This document shows positions 34,732 to 43,315 of a DNA stretch of 64,000 nucleotides, piece after piece. The stretch is from NCBI GenBank assembly GCA_038144595.1, contig JAYQOB010000003.1:1949-65948 (forward strand). Direction: 5' to 3'. The stretch's first letter is position 1; every line of letters begins with the position of its first letter. The stretch comes from Candidatus Poseidoniales archaeon. GTDB taxonomy: Archaea; Thermoplasmatota; Poseidoniia; Poseidoniales; Poseidoniaceae. Below the pieces are notes generated by a model that saw only the letters and a list, made by a program, of their open reading frames with translations, made no database searches and had not been told where the DNA came from. Made by a program: the position numbers and the translations under genes.

Positions 34732-35448
34732 TCAAGCGAACAGGGCGTCGATGTCGTCGTCATCGTCTTCATCATCGCCTGCAGGTTCTTCTTCGACGTA
34801 TTCTTCCACCGGTTCTGAAGGTGCCTCGGGCACATCTTCGGCAGCGACCTGTTCTTGCTCGGCGACCACGCCTTCATCAACGTCGTCGTCGGCAAACAGG
34901 TCGTCGCTGCCGTCGTCAGCGAACAGGTCGTCTTCACCATCGTCAGCAAACAGGTCATCGGCGTCCTCACCAGCAAACAGGTCGTCGCCATCGTCTTCGG
35001 TAGCTTGAGGTTCGTCCTCAACAGCACCGGATGCGAACAGGTCGTCGTGCTCACCATCGTCGTCGAGCGACACCCCCATGCCGAACATGTCAACGTCGTC
35101 AGGCAGCACGCCCTTGCGGGAGAGGTACATGGCCTGGGTTTTGGTGTAGCGATGCTTGACATCGGCCTTGGAGTCTTGGAAATCCCAGGGCCAAACGATG
35201 ATCAAATCGCCTTCACGAACCCACTGTCGGCGGCGCATCTTTCCAGGAATGCGAGCCATTCGGGTTTCACCGTCTTCGCACAGCACGGTGACACGCCGTC
35301 CGCCGAGGATTTGAGAAGCGAGTGCGAACATCTCGTTGACTTTCTTGTTGGGCATTTTGACACGGATTTTACCGTCACTTGCATTTTCAGGATTCTCAAG
35401 ACGTGCGAGTTCTTCGACGTCCACTTTTTCCTCAAATCTGCGACCCAA
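34732..35448 (-). CDS. eif1A: translation initiation factor aIF-1A with a roughly 120-aa acidic/aromatic repeat C-terminal extension
   Basis: S1-like OB core IRVKMPNKKVNEMFALASQILGGRRVTVLCEDGETRMARIPGKMRRRQWVREGDLIIVWPWDFQDSKADVKHRYTKTQAMYLSRKG. A tail with five DDLFA repeats follows and ends in IDALFA. Non-ATG start (TTG at 35448 or GTG at 35424). Confidence 0.9.
   Translation of the reverse strand: MGRRFEEKVDVEELARLENPENASDGKIRVKMPNKKVNEMFALASQILGGRRVTVLCEDGETRMARIPGKMRRRQWVREGDLIIVWPWDFQDSKADVKHRYTKTQAMYLSRKGVLPDDVDMFGMGVSLDDDGEHDDLFASGAVEDEPQATEDDGDDLFAGEDADDLFADDGEDDLFADDGSDDLFADDDVDEGVVAEQEQVAAEDVPEAPSEPVEEYVEEEPAGDDEDDDDDIDALFA
34891..34998 (-). repeat. four in-frame tandem 27-nt repeats inside the aIF-1A tail
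   Basis: The plus-strand core aacaggtc recurs at 34895, 34922, 34949 and 34976 (period exactly 27 nt, 9 codons, encoding ..DDLFADDG.), with a degenerate fifth copy at 35036. Confidence 0.8.
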
Positions 35449-35528
35449 TCAGTCTCACCTGCCCAACCCAGTGGCCGACCCTTCTTGAAGGCACCACCCA
35501 AAACAGGGGCAGAAACGGGACCCGAGGC

Positions 35529-37238
35529 TCACCAAGCGCCCACGAGGGCGTTGGCCGCCGACTCGCACAGCGCAATGAGTTGCCCGGCTCCGACACCGAA
35601 GTACACCGTCGTGATGAGACAGGCGATGATGGCAAAACGAACGGGCGTGCCCTTGGGCAGCGGACCTTCTCGGCCTTCTTCAGGTTCGTGGAAGTACATC
35701 ACGAGACCGACTCGGAGGTAGTAGAACACCGAGATGGCCGAGTTGATGACCATCAGGAGAGCGAGGTACCACACCCAGTGGATATCGCCGAAGGCCAGGT
35801 CGCTGTTGACGGTCACGTCAAGCAGGGCGACCTTGACAATGCCCATGATGACCAGCAACTTGGAAACGAAGCCGGACAGGGGTGGCACACCGGCCAGGGA
35901 CATCATGAAGATGAACATGGCCACGGCGAGGAACGGATCCCGCTTGGCCAGACCGCCAAGGGATTCCAGCGTGTGACCGCCCTTCTCCGACTCGAGGAGC
36001 GAAAGCACCAGGAACGCACCGAGCTTGAAACAGACGAGCACCGTGAGGTGGAAGATGAGGGCCGTGACAACAACGAGTGCTGCATCGTTGCTCATGTCGA
36101 TGTGGCCGTCCTCCCAGTTGAGCGCTCCAATGGCCGTGATGGCGGCCAACATGTAGCCGGCGTGAGCGACCGAGGAGTAGGCAAGCATGCGCTTGGGGTT
36201 GGTCGAGCCGAGCGCAGCGAGGTTGCCCCATGTCATCGTGATGACGGAGAGCGTGCCGAGGGCAACGAGCCAAACGGCCGAGCCGTCGGTCGCTTCGGGC
36301 GAAGCGACTACGAGGAGGATACGGAGCAAGCCGAGCACACCCATGGCCTTGCTGGCCGTGGCGAGTACACCGGCGACCGGGGCGGTGGCACCGGCGTAGG
36401 CATCAGGTGCTGCAAAGTGGAAGGGTGCAGCGCTGACCTTGAAGCCAAAGCCGACCAGAAGCATGCCCAGTGCAATGAGGGGCAGGGCTTCCATGCCGTT
36501 TTCAGCAAAGGCCACGGAGAGGTCCGTGAACTGAAGCGAGCCCGACCACAGGTAGAGCAGCGACAGGCCGTAGAGGCCAACACCAGAAGCCACGGAACCG
36601 ACGATGAAGTACTTCATACCGGCCTCGGTGCCTTCCTTGCTTTCCTTCATGAAGGAAACCAGCACGTAGGTCGAGAACGACGCCAACTCAAGCCCGATGA
36701 AGAGCATGAACAGGTCTTGGGCGAGCGCCACGACCGCCATGCCGAGCCCCGTCGTGATGAGCAGGATGTAGAAGTCAACCTGGCGTCGGTTGTTGTACAA
36801 GCCGTTGAGGCTGCGGTCGGCTCGGCTGGTCGCCGGGATGCGGTTCACTGAGGCGGCACTGGCCAAAGCGAGCGCACCGAAGAAAATCAACTCGAACATG
36901 CGACTGAACTCGTCGATCTGAAGCATCGTCGTGCCGCCTGGCGTGATGATTTGCGTCTTGTTCATGCCACCAAAGAAGGAGACGAGCGTCAACCCGAAGG
37001 CGATGGTGAAGAACACCGTTGCGAACAAACCGGGCAAACGAGGGTCGCTGTCGAGCTTGCCCCGCTGACCGCCGAGCAGCCATGGAACACGGATCTGGGT
37101 CAGTGGAATGCGGAACTTGGCGTTGCCCATGTTGGGGACGGTCATCAGCGTAAACAAGCCGATGACAAGCACAAATTCGGGAGCCAGGGCGAGGACAAAG
37201 CCTTCCTCAAAGGGTTCAATTCGCTCCATTTCAGGCAC
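35529..37238 (-). CDS. nuoN: NADH-quinone oxidoreductase (complex I-like) subunit N
   Basis: Antiporter-like polytopic protein. GFGFKVSAAPFHFAAPDAYAGATAPVAGVLATASKAMGVLGLLR and MLAYSSVAHAGYM. Last gene of the nuo operon; 569 aa. Confidence 0.85.
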   Translation of the reverse strand: MPEMERIEPFEEGFVLALAPEFVLVIGLFTLMTVPNMGNAKFRIPLTQIRVPWLLGGQRGKLDSDPRLPGLFATVFFTIAFGLTLVSFFGGMNKTQIITPGGTTMLQIDEFSRMFELIFFGALALASAASVNRIPATSRADRSLNGLYNNRRQVDFYILLITTGLGMAVVALAQDLFMLFIGLELASFSTYVLVSFMKESKEGTEAGMKYFIVGSVASGVGLYGLSLLYLWSGSLQFTDLSVAFAENGMEALPLIALGMLLVGFGFKVSAAPFHFAAPDAYAGATAPVAGVLATASKAMGVLGLLRILLVVASPEATDGSAVWLVALGTLSVITMTWGNLAALGSTNPKRMLAYSSVAHAGYMLAAITAIGALNWEDGHIDMSNDAALVVVTALIFHLTVLVCFKLGAFLVLSLLESEKGGHTLESLGGLAKRDPFLAVAMFIFMMSLAGVPPLSGFVSKLLVIMGIVKVALLDVTVNSDLAFGDIHWVWYLALLMVINSAISVFYYLRVGLVMYFHEPEEGREGPLPKGTPVRFAIIACLITTVYFGVGAGQLIALCESAANALVGAW

Positions 37239-38865
37239 CTCCCAAGATTGGAATCAAGAGCGTCTCAAAGAACGCCACCGTCCAGCCGTTCATCATGTCG
37301 AGCGCAATCCACGGCATGACACCAAAGAGGATGGTGAAGGCCGCCATGATGAGCATGGCCACCTTTTCGCTGTCGCTGATGTCGGGAACGGGTTGGCCCT
37401 TGAGGCTCTCCGGAGGTTGTGTTTCGTCGCCACCCTCGAAGATGGTGCGTTGCATCGACCACAGGTAGTAGGCGGCGGTGATGGCGAGCACGAACGCCGG
37501 GCCGACCATCCAGAGCACGCTCCAACCCTCGGCGGCCAAGAAGTGCCAGAGGGCGAGGAACATCATCAACTCAGCCACGAATCCAGCGAGCAGCGGAAGA
37601 CCGAGCGAGGCCATCCAACCGAACATCATCGAGGTCGCGAGCCATGGGGAGTGCTTGGCCATGCCCCGCATTGAACCAATCTCCATGCTGTGGTAGTGGT
37701 GCTTGAAGGCACCGCAGACAGCGAAGAGCATGGGGCTGATGATGCCGTGAGCGAACATCATGAACAGGGCAGCGGCCCAGCCGAGTGGCTGCATGGTGGC
37801 GATGCCGATGAGGATGACACCCATGTGGGACACCGAGGAATAGGCGACCATTTTCTTGAGGTTGGTTTGTCCCAGACACACGACGGCTCCCCAAACGAGG
37901 GAAACCATACCGAGGGCCAACAAGGCGAACTGGAAATGCTGAGCAGCGTGCGGGAAGAAGGCCAGCGGCAATCGGAACATACCGTAGGCACCCATCTTCA
38001 GCATGACACCCGCCAGCAGCATGGAACCGCCCGTGGGTGCCTGAACGTGAGCATCGGGCAGCCACGTGTGGAAGGGAACCGAGGGCAACTTCACGAGGAA
38101 CCCGATCATCAGCATGACGAAGAGAATCTTCTGCAGGCTCTCACCGAGGAACCAGGCGCCACCAGCGTTGGCCGATTGAGCGTGGGCTGTCAAGGTGGGG
38201 ATGTCAAAGGTGCGTCCCGTCCAAGCACCGGCGTAGGAGAGGTTTTCCGGCTGGAGGAAGTAGACGGTGACCAGACCCAAGAGCATGATGACCGAGGCCG
38301 TGAACGTGTAGATGAAGAACTTCTGAGAAGCGTACTTTCGGTCGTAGCCACCCCACTTGAGGATGAGGAAGAACATCGGAATCAAGGTCAGTTCCCAGAA
38401 CACGTAGAACATGAACAGGTCGAGGGCGACGAAGACACCGATGAGCGCACCACCCATCATCAAGACGAGCGGGAAGTATACGGCAGCGTTCTTTTCGTTC
38501 CACGTAGCGGCGATGGTCACCGGCAGGAGGAAGGTCGTCAGCCAGACCATCGGGAAGGACAGCGCATCCATGCCGACGCTCCAGTGAATGCCGAGGGGTT
38601 CAATCCATACGTAACGGAACTCGTAGTTGAAACTCCCAAAGGAAAGCGAGGCCCAGTCGATGGTTCCTTCAATGTACTCGCTGCCGAAGAACATGGCCGT
38701 CGTGAGGGTCAACATCAGCAACGAGAAGATGAGGGTCGCCATTCGGATGGACGGACCCATGCGCTCCCGAGCGGCAGGCGATGCGTAGGCCACAAAGGCC
38801 AGGATGGCAATGCTGCTGACGAGCGGCAAGGCGACGAGGGGAATGGAGATCCAGTCGGTCGTCAT
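37231..38865 (-). CDS. nuoM: NADH-quinone oxidoreductase subunit M
   Basis: LVKLPSVPFHTWLPDAHVQAPTGGSMLLAGVMLKMGAYGMFR and MVAYSSVSHMGVIL. ATG at 38865 overlaps the nuoL stop (ATGA); the tracked ORF extends to 38880. Confidence 0.88.
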   Translation of the reverse strand: MTTDWISIPLVALPLVSSIAILAFVAYASPAARERMGPSIRMATLIFSLLMLTLTTAMFFGSEYIEGTIDWASLSFGSFNYEFRYVWIEPLGIHWSVGMDALSFPMVWLTTFLLPVTIAATWNEKNAAVYFPLVLMMGGALIGVFVALDLFMFYVFWELTLIPMFFLILKWGGYDRKYASQKFFIYTFTASVIMLLGLVTVYFLQPENLSYAGAWTGRTFDIPTLTAHAQSANAGGAWFLGESLQKILFVMLMIGFLVKLPSVPFHTWLPDAHVQAPTGGSMLLAGVMLKMGAYGMFRLPLAFFPHAAQHFQFALLALGMVSLVWGAVVCLGQTNLKKMVAYSSVSHMGVILIGIATMQPLGWAAALFMMFAHGIISPMLFAVCGAFKHHYHSMEIGSMRGMAKHSPWLATSMMFGWMASLGLPLLAGFVAELMMFLALWHFLAAEGWSVLWMVGPAFVLAITAAYYLWSMQRTIFEGGDETQPPESLKGQPVPDISDSEKVAMLIMAAFTILFGVMPWIALDMMNGWTVAFFETLLIPILGGA

Positions 38866-41474
38866 GCGACCACCCCCCAAATCAAGGCGAAGAGGCCCAA
38901 GGTACCCAACGCCGCCATCAAGATGTAATCACGGGCGGAACCCGTGGTCAACGAGCGCAGTTTCGTTGAGAGTTGTTGCGAGGTGCGCTCGACCAGCTTG
39001 ACCGTGCCGTCAATCACACCGGAATCGGCTTCAGCGGCCTTGAACGAGAAGGCAGCGACGATCTTGAGCATGGCCATGTCGTAGTAGTGGTCGAAATACA
39101 AGCGGTTCTCGCGGGCGGTGGCGAAGCCGGATTGGCCGAAGGACGAATTGTCCCAGTGGTAGCGGCCCTTCACGAACTGGTTGAGGGCCAGGACCGGACC
39201 GAACCACGGCAGGGTGTTCTCGCCTTCGTCGAGTTTTCCACCGTAGAGGGAAAGGGCCAGGCCAGGGCCGACGATGGCACCGAGCAGAATGGCGATGTAG
39301 GTCAGCACGAAGAAGAACGAATCGCTGTTGGCAAAGGCGTGTGCCATCTCGTAGACGAAGCCTTCGAGGAAGCTCTTCTTGCCGTCAAAGAACGGCTTGT
39401 AGTACTCGTCGGGCGCCCAGTGGGTGAAGCCCATGCTGGCGAGCACAATCGCACTCAGGCTCATGAAGGTCAGGATGAACAGCGGCGTCTTGATCCACGT
39501 GTTGGTGGGATGAACGTGAGCCGCTACGTCGGTCTTGGGTGAACCGGCGAAGGTCTTGAGCCACATGCGGGACATGTAGAAGCCGGTCATGGCTGCGCCG
39601 AGCAACACGCACATGGCGGGGTAGAAGAAGCGAGGGTCGTCAAGGGCCACACGCCAGGTGTTGGCGATGATCCCTTCCTTGGACCAGAAGCCACCGATGA
39701 GCGGGAAGCCCATGATGGACAAGGAACCGACGAGCATGGCCGTGGCCGTCAGCGGCATCTTGGAGGCCAAACCACCCATGTTCTCCATGGATTGAGCGTC
39801 AAACTCGTCGTGGTGGTCGTGGTGGTCATCTCCTGCCAGCGAGGCGAGGTGAACACGACCGAGGGTCAGTTCCAACTCCGGGACGTTGATGCGTCCGTTG
39901 CCGTCCATGTCAACGGCCTTCATGAGCCGCTGCATGTCCCAGGGTGGGAGGTCGGCGATGTCGGCCTTCTTGAGCGCCGTTTGGAACTCGTAGGTGTCAA
40001 TTTCACCCGACTGGTCAAGGTCGATGGAATTGAAGAAACCGAAGACGGATTGCCCGCTGTCAGCCAAGTAGTTGGCGAGCATGAGGAGTTCCTCAGGGTC
40101 CTCGTCGTGATGGCCGTGGTCGTCGTCGTGGTGGTGGAGGTGATGGTGGGCGTGATGCACTTCGTGGATGACCGCACCGCTGGCCATGAAGAGCATCCCC
40201 TTGGCCATGGCGTGGTTGAACAGGTGGAAGAGCGCTGCACCAAAGGCCACGACGACGATGCCGTGGTTGACGTAGTAGTCGGGGTTCACCGTGCCGTCAG
40301 GGAGGTACTTGTGCCAGTAGAGCGTGTTGGCGAGGTAGAGCGCTGCACCCAGCCCGGTGAAGATGTAGGCGAGTTGGGACATCGTCGAGTAGGCGAGGAC
40401 CTTCTTGAGATCGTGCTGAACAAAGGCGATGGCCGCCGCCATGACCGCCGTGGTTCCGCCGATGGCGGCGATGATGAAGGCCAAGTCGGCCAACTCTCCG
40501 TGGAGCGCATCAGCACCGAAGAACGGGAACATGCGGGCCACGAGGTACAGACCAGCGTTGACCATCGTTGCGGCGTGGATGAGGGCCGAAACGGGCGTTG
40601 GCCCTTCCATGGCGTCGGGCAGCCAAACGTGGAGCGGGAACTGAGCGGACTTGCCCACCGCACCGATGAACATCAGGCCGAGCGCCCAAGCGAGCGTGCC
40701 CGAGTTGTTGGCGGCCACTTGCTCAATGTTGCCTTCGTAGAACACCACGGCGTAGTCGAGTGCACCTTGGTCGGCGCCGGCATAGGGGTGGAACAGCGAC
40801 CACAGGATGGCCAGACCGACCATGAGGAACACGTCGCCAACACGGGTGGTCAGGAAGGCCTTCTTGGCGGCGTAAGGAGCGCTGGGGCGTTCGTAGTAGA
40901 ACCCGATGAGCAGGTAGGAACACAGACCCATCAGCTCCCAGAAGATGAACAGCCAGAGGAACGAGTCAGCGAGCACCATACCGAGCATGCCCGAACAGAA
41001 CAGCACGAACTCAGCGTAGAAGCGGTGGTTGCGGTTGTCGTTGATGGGATCGGTGTTCATGTAACCGATGGCAAAGGTGTTGATGAGCAAGCACAGGAAG
41101 GATGCGATAAACAGCAGCATCACGGTGACGTGGTCGATGTACACACCGAACCCGAGTGAAATTTCAGTGACGGTGGTTTGCCCTGAATCCCACATCCCCG
41201 AGGTGAACCATGTCCACCCGTCGGTGTCGGCCGAGCCGTTCCCACCGATGAAATCGGTGATGAGCCACAGCGAGAGCAAGAGGCTTCCTGCCATGACCGG
41301 GAGGGCGATGAGACCACCTTCCTTGAGTGTGTTTTTCCACATGGAATTGCCGTTGAACATCTTGCCAAAGAAGAGGATGACCGGGAAGGCCAACATGGGG
41401 AGCAAGAGGATGTAAGGGGCGTATTCCAACGCCGTGCTTTGAATTGCTTCTGAACTGCCTGAACCTGCCATCAT
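38862..41474 (-). CDS. nuoL: NADH-quinone oxidoreductase subunit L carrying a roughly 120-aa His-rich / double EF-hand insertion
   Basis: FWELMGLCSYLLIGFYYERP...KKAFLTTRVGDVFLMVGL...GKSAQFPLHVWLPDAMEGPTPVSALIHAATMVNAGLYLVARM...VLAYSTMSQLAYIF...HAMAKGMLFMASGAVIHEVHH[insert]MENMGGLASKMP...GFPLIGGFWSKE. 870 aa. Confidence 0.9.
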   Translation of the reverse strand: MMAGSGSSEAIQSTALEYAPYILLLPMLAFPVILFFGKMFNGNSMWKNTLKEGGLIALPVMAGSLLLSLWLITDFIGGNGSADTDGWTWFTSGMWDSGQTTVTEISLGFGVYIDHVTVMLLFIASFLCLLINTFAIGYMNTDPINDNRNHRFYAEFVLFCSGMLGMVLADSFLWLFIFWELMGLCSYLLIGFYYERPSAPYAAKKAFLTTRVGDVFLMVGLAILWSLFHPYAGADQGALDYAVVFYEGNIEQVAANNSGTLAWALGLMFIGAVGKSAQFPLHVWLPDAMEGPTPVSALIHAATMVNAGLYLVARMFPFFGADALHGELADLAFIIAAIGGTTAVMAAAIAFVQHDLKKVLAYSTMSQLAYIFTGLGAALYLANTLYWHKYLPDGTVNPDYYVNHGIVVVAFGAALFHLFNHAMAKGMLFMASGAVIHEVHHAHHHLHHHDDDHGHHDEDPEELLMLANYLADSGQSVFGFFNSIDLDQSGEIDTYEFQTALKKADIADLPPWDMQRLMKAVDMDGNGRINVPELELTLGRVHLASLAGDDHHDHHDEFDAQSMENMGGLASKMPLTATAMLVGSLSIMGFPLIGGFWSKEGIIANTWRVALDDPRFFYPAMCVLLGAAMTGFYMSRMWLKTFAGSPKTDVAAHVHPTNTWIKTPLFILTFMSLSAIVLASMGFTHWAPDEYYKPFFDGKKSFLEGFVYEMAHAFANSDSFFFVLTYIAILLGAIVGPGLALSLYGGKLDEGENTLPWFGPVLALNQFVKGRYHWDNSSFGQSGFATARENRLYFDHYYDMAMLKIVAAFSFKAAEADSGVIDGTVKLVERTSQQLSTKLRSLTTGSARDYILMAALGTLGLFALIWGVVA

Positions 41475-41480
41475 CTCACC

Positions 41481-41783
41481 TCAGTTCTTCAGGACGTTGA
41501 CGTCGTCCAGCGTAATCGATTCGTGTTGGCCGTACATGGCAAGGAAGATGGCCAAACCGATGGCCACTTCCGATGCAGCGATGGCGATGGCGAAGATGGT
41601 GTAGACCCATCCCGTCGTATCGCCGTGGTGCACGGCAGCGGCAGCGAATTGCATGTTGGCGGCGTTGAGCATCAACTCAATGCACATCAGAACGATGATT
41701 GCGTTCTTTCGAGTGAACGCTCCGGCCAAGCCGATGACGAACAGAAGGGCTGACAAACCGGACACCCATGCTGGATCGATCAT
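41481..41783 (-). CDS. nuoK: NADH-quinone oxidoreductase subunit K
   Basis: 100 aa, 3 TM. MCIELMLNAANMQFAA...AIAASEVAIGLAIFLAMY. Confidence 0.88.
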   Translation of the reverse strand: MIDPAWVSGLSALLFVIGLAGAFTRKNAIIVLMCIELMLNAANMQFAAAAVHHGDTTGWVYTIFAIAIAASEVAIGLAIFLAMYGQHESITLDDVNVLKN

Positions 41784-42049
41784 TCTTCTTCACCTCCGAA
41801 CTCCCAGAGAAGGTTCTCCATTCGCTCATCACGAACGAGGTAGGCAGCGCCCATCATGGCCATGGCCATGAGCAAGCCCAGGACGAGAAGAGCGAAGCCC
41901 CACTCGGACAGAAGTGAATCAGCCAAGCCAGCGGTCGTGGGCGTGGTCGTGGCCGGGTCGGCCCACACGCTTTCGTCGTTGAGCACAGCGACGAGAATGA
42001 AGCCGAGGGCCAACAAGCCAAGACGGGTGAACAACGAGGTGAACTTCAT
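41780..42049 (-). CDS. nuoJ: NADH-quinone oxidoreductase subunit J, C-terminal half (J2)
   Basis: 89 aa. GFALLVLGLLMAMAMMGAAYLVRDE corresponds to the last NuoJ helix. ATGA overlaps occur on both sides (41780-41783, 42046-42049). Confidence 0.7.
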   Translation of the reverse strand: MKFTSLFTRLGLLALGFILVAVLNDESVWADPATTTPTTAGLADSLLSEWGFALLVLGLLMAMAMMGAAYLVRDERMENLLWEFGGEEE

Positions 42050-42330
42050 TCGAAGTCCTCCTCGAGAATTTGACGTCGAGTCAGCATGATGCCGAACAGC
42101 ACCACCAACCCTACACTGGCCAAGTAAACCAGAATCTGGATGGCAGCCAAGAATTCAGCACCCAAGAGGATGAAAATTCCGGAGACGGCCATGAAACAGA
42201 AGATCAGCGAGAGCATCGAGTGCGCCACACGCTGAGCAAAGATGAGACCAAGCGCTCCACCGAGCGTGATGGCTGCGAACAGGAAGAACACACCGGTTTC
42301 GGCAGCGCTGGCCACGTCCATCTCAGGCAT
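42046..42330 (-). CDS. nuoJ: NADH-quinone oxidoreductase subunit J, N-terminal half (J1)
   Basis: From ATG 42330 (or 42321): M(PEM)DVASAAETGVFFLFAAITLGGALGLIFAQRVAHSMLSLIFCFMAVSGIFILLGAEFLAAIQILVYLASVGLVVLFGIML. The upstream part of the tracked ORF overlaps nuoI. Confidence 0.75.
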   Translation of the reverse strand: MPEMDVASAAETGVFFLFAAITLGGALGLIFAQRVAHSMLSLIFCFMAVSGIFILLGAEFLAAIQILVYLASVGLVVLFGIMLTRRQILEEDFE

Positions 42331-43306
42331 CCCCCTTGGCGGCCTCGGCAGCGGCCTTGGCCGCCTTCTTGGCGCGCTTGTCGCGTTCCTTGGAGGCGCG
42401 CTTGGCCAACTCGGCGTCAACGGCTTCCTGGTGGACGCCGGGCAGAACGCGAGTACGAGAGGCGTCAAACCACAGGTCTTGGCGGGTAAAGCCGGACATG
42501 CCGTCGTATTCGTTGGTCATGAAGAACGAGGTGAAGCCGCACGCTTCCATGCACAGGCCGCAGAACATGCAGCGGCCGAGGTCGATGCGCCCGGAGACGA
42601 TTTGGTCGTCGGCGGGGTAGAGTTCCGACGTCGAAACAACAGCCTCTTCACCCGAATCGTTCCAGCGAACGGTGGCCGACTCACCTGAGAGGTCGAGCAC
42701 TTCAGCAAAGCGCCATTCCTCGGGCGGTGCCGTGTGGGCCGTGACGTGGTTGAAGGTGTCCAAGCCGGCCACCACTTCAGGTACTTCGACGGCGGCAAAC
42801 TTGCCGACTTCAAGTTCAGCACCAAAGCCTGCATGCTCGCCCTCAGCGTTGTCGAGCACGTCAACACGCAGCTCGGTCGTCATGTGGAGGCAGTCGTTGG
42901 GGCAGATGTTCACGCACATCTTGCACGCCGTACAGGTCTCCCAAATGACGCCGATTCGCCCGTTGTAGTTCCCTGGCACGAACAGCCAAGGCTCCATGTC
43001 CTCGAGACGTTCGTAGGGGTACTGCACCGTCTGAGGCTTCCAGAGCGTTGGTTTGAGGTCGGAGGTCACACGGTCGGGGGCGAATTCCTGACGGGTGATG
43101 TCGTTCATCTCGGCCGAAGAAGCGGCACGAGTGCGACTTCCGTCGTCGAGGAATTCGGGGTGGGAGGTGTTGTGGTAGGCACCGAGGCGCTTTCCGAAAC
43201 GCTTACCGATGAACGGGAAGGTGCGCAGGGCCGTGATCAGCGTGATCTTGAACGGGTACCAAAACAGGTTTCGGAAGTTGGGCTGTGCGTGTGGATGCAT
43301 GGGCAT
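42323..43306 (-). CDS. nuoI: NADH-quinone oxidoreductase subunit I (2x[4Fe-4S] ferredoxin) with an N-terminal extension, an inter-cluster insertion and a Lys/Ala-rich tail
   Basis: CTACKMCVNICPNDC and CMFCGLCMEACG cluster motifs are separated by about 110 aa (canonical NuoI has about 35). 327 aa in total. Confidence 0.85.
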   Translation of the reverse strand: MPMHPHAQPNFRNLFWYPFKITLITALRTFPFIGKRFGKRLGAYHNTSHPEFLDDGSRTRAASSAEMNDITRQEFAPDRVTSDLKPTLWKPQTVQYPYERLEDMEPWLFVPGNYNGRIGVIWETCTACKMCVNICPNDCLHMTTELRVDVLDNAEGEHAGFGAELEVGKFAAVEVPEVVAGLDTFNHVTAHTAPPEEWRFAEVLDLSGESATVRWNDSGEEAVVSTSELYPADDQIVSGRIDLGRCMFCGLCMEACGFTSFFMTNEYDGMSGFTRQDLWFDASRTRVLPGVHQEAVDAELAKRASKERDKRAKKAAKAAAEAAKGDA

Positions 43307-43315
43307 GGTATCACC

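Noticed and set aside
34891-35047. 27-nt tandem repeats as a CRISPR-like or non-coding minisatellite
   Set aside because: The repeats are contiguous without spacers, the period is a multiple of three, and they lie in frame within the aIF-1A tail, encoding DDLFA units.
35379-41159. Long plus-strand ORFs 35379..36851, 37690..38928 and 39792..41159
   Set aside because: They are antisense to nuoN, nuoM and nuoL. Their His/Asp/Gly/Glu-rich translations mirror the hydrophobic codons of the real genes.
41780-42330. Split nuoJ as a possible pseudogene
   Set aside because: The two parts are complete, are joined by an ATGA overlap, and correspond to natural N- and C-terminal halves. Split nuoJ genes are known in archaeal operons. 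No frameshift is needed to explain them.
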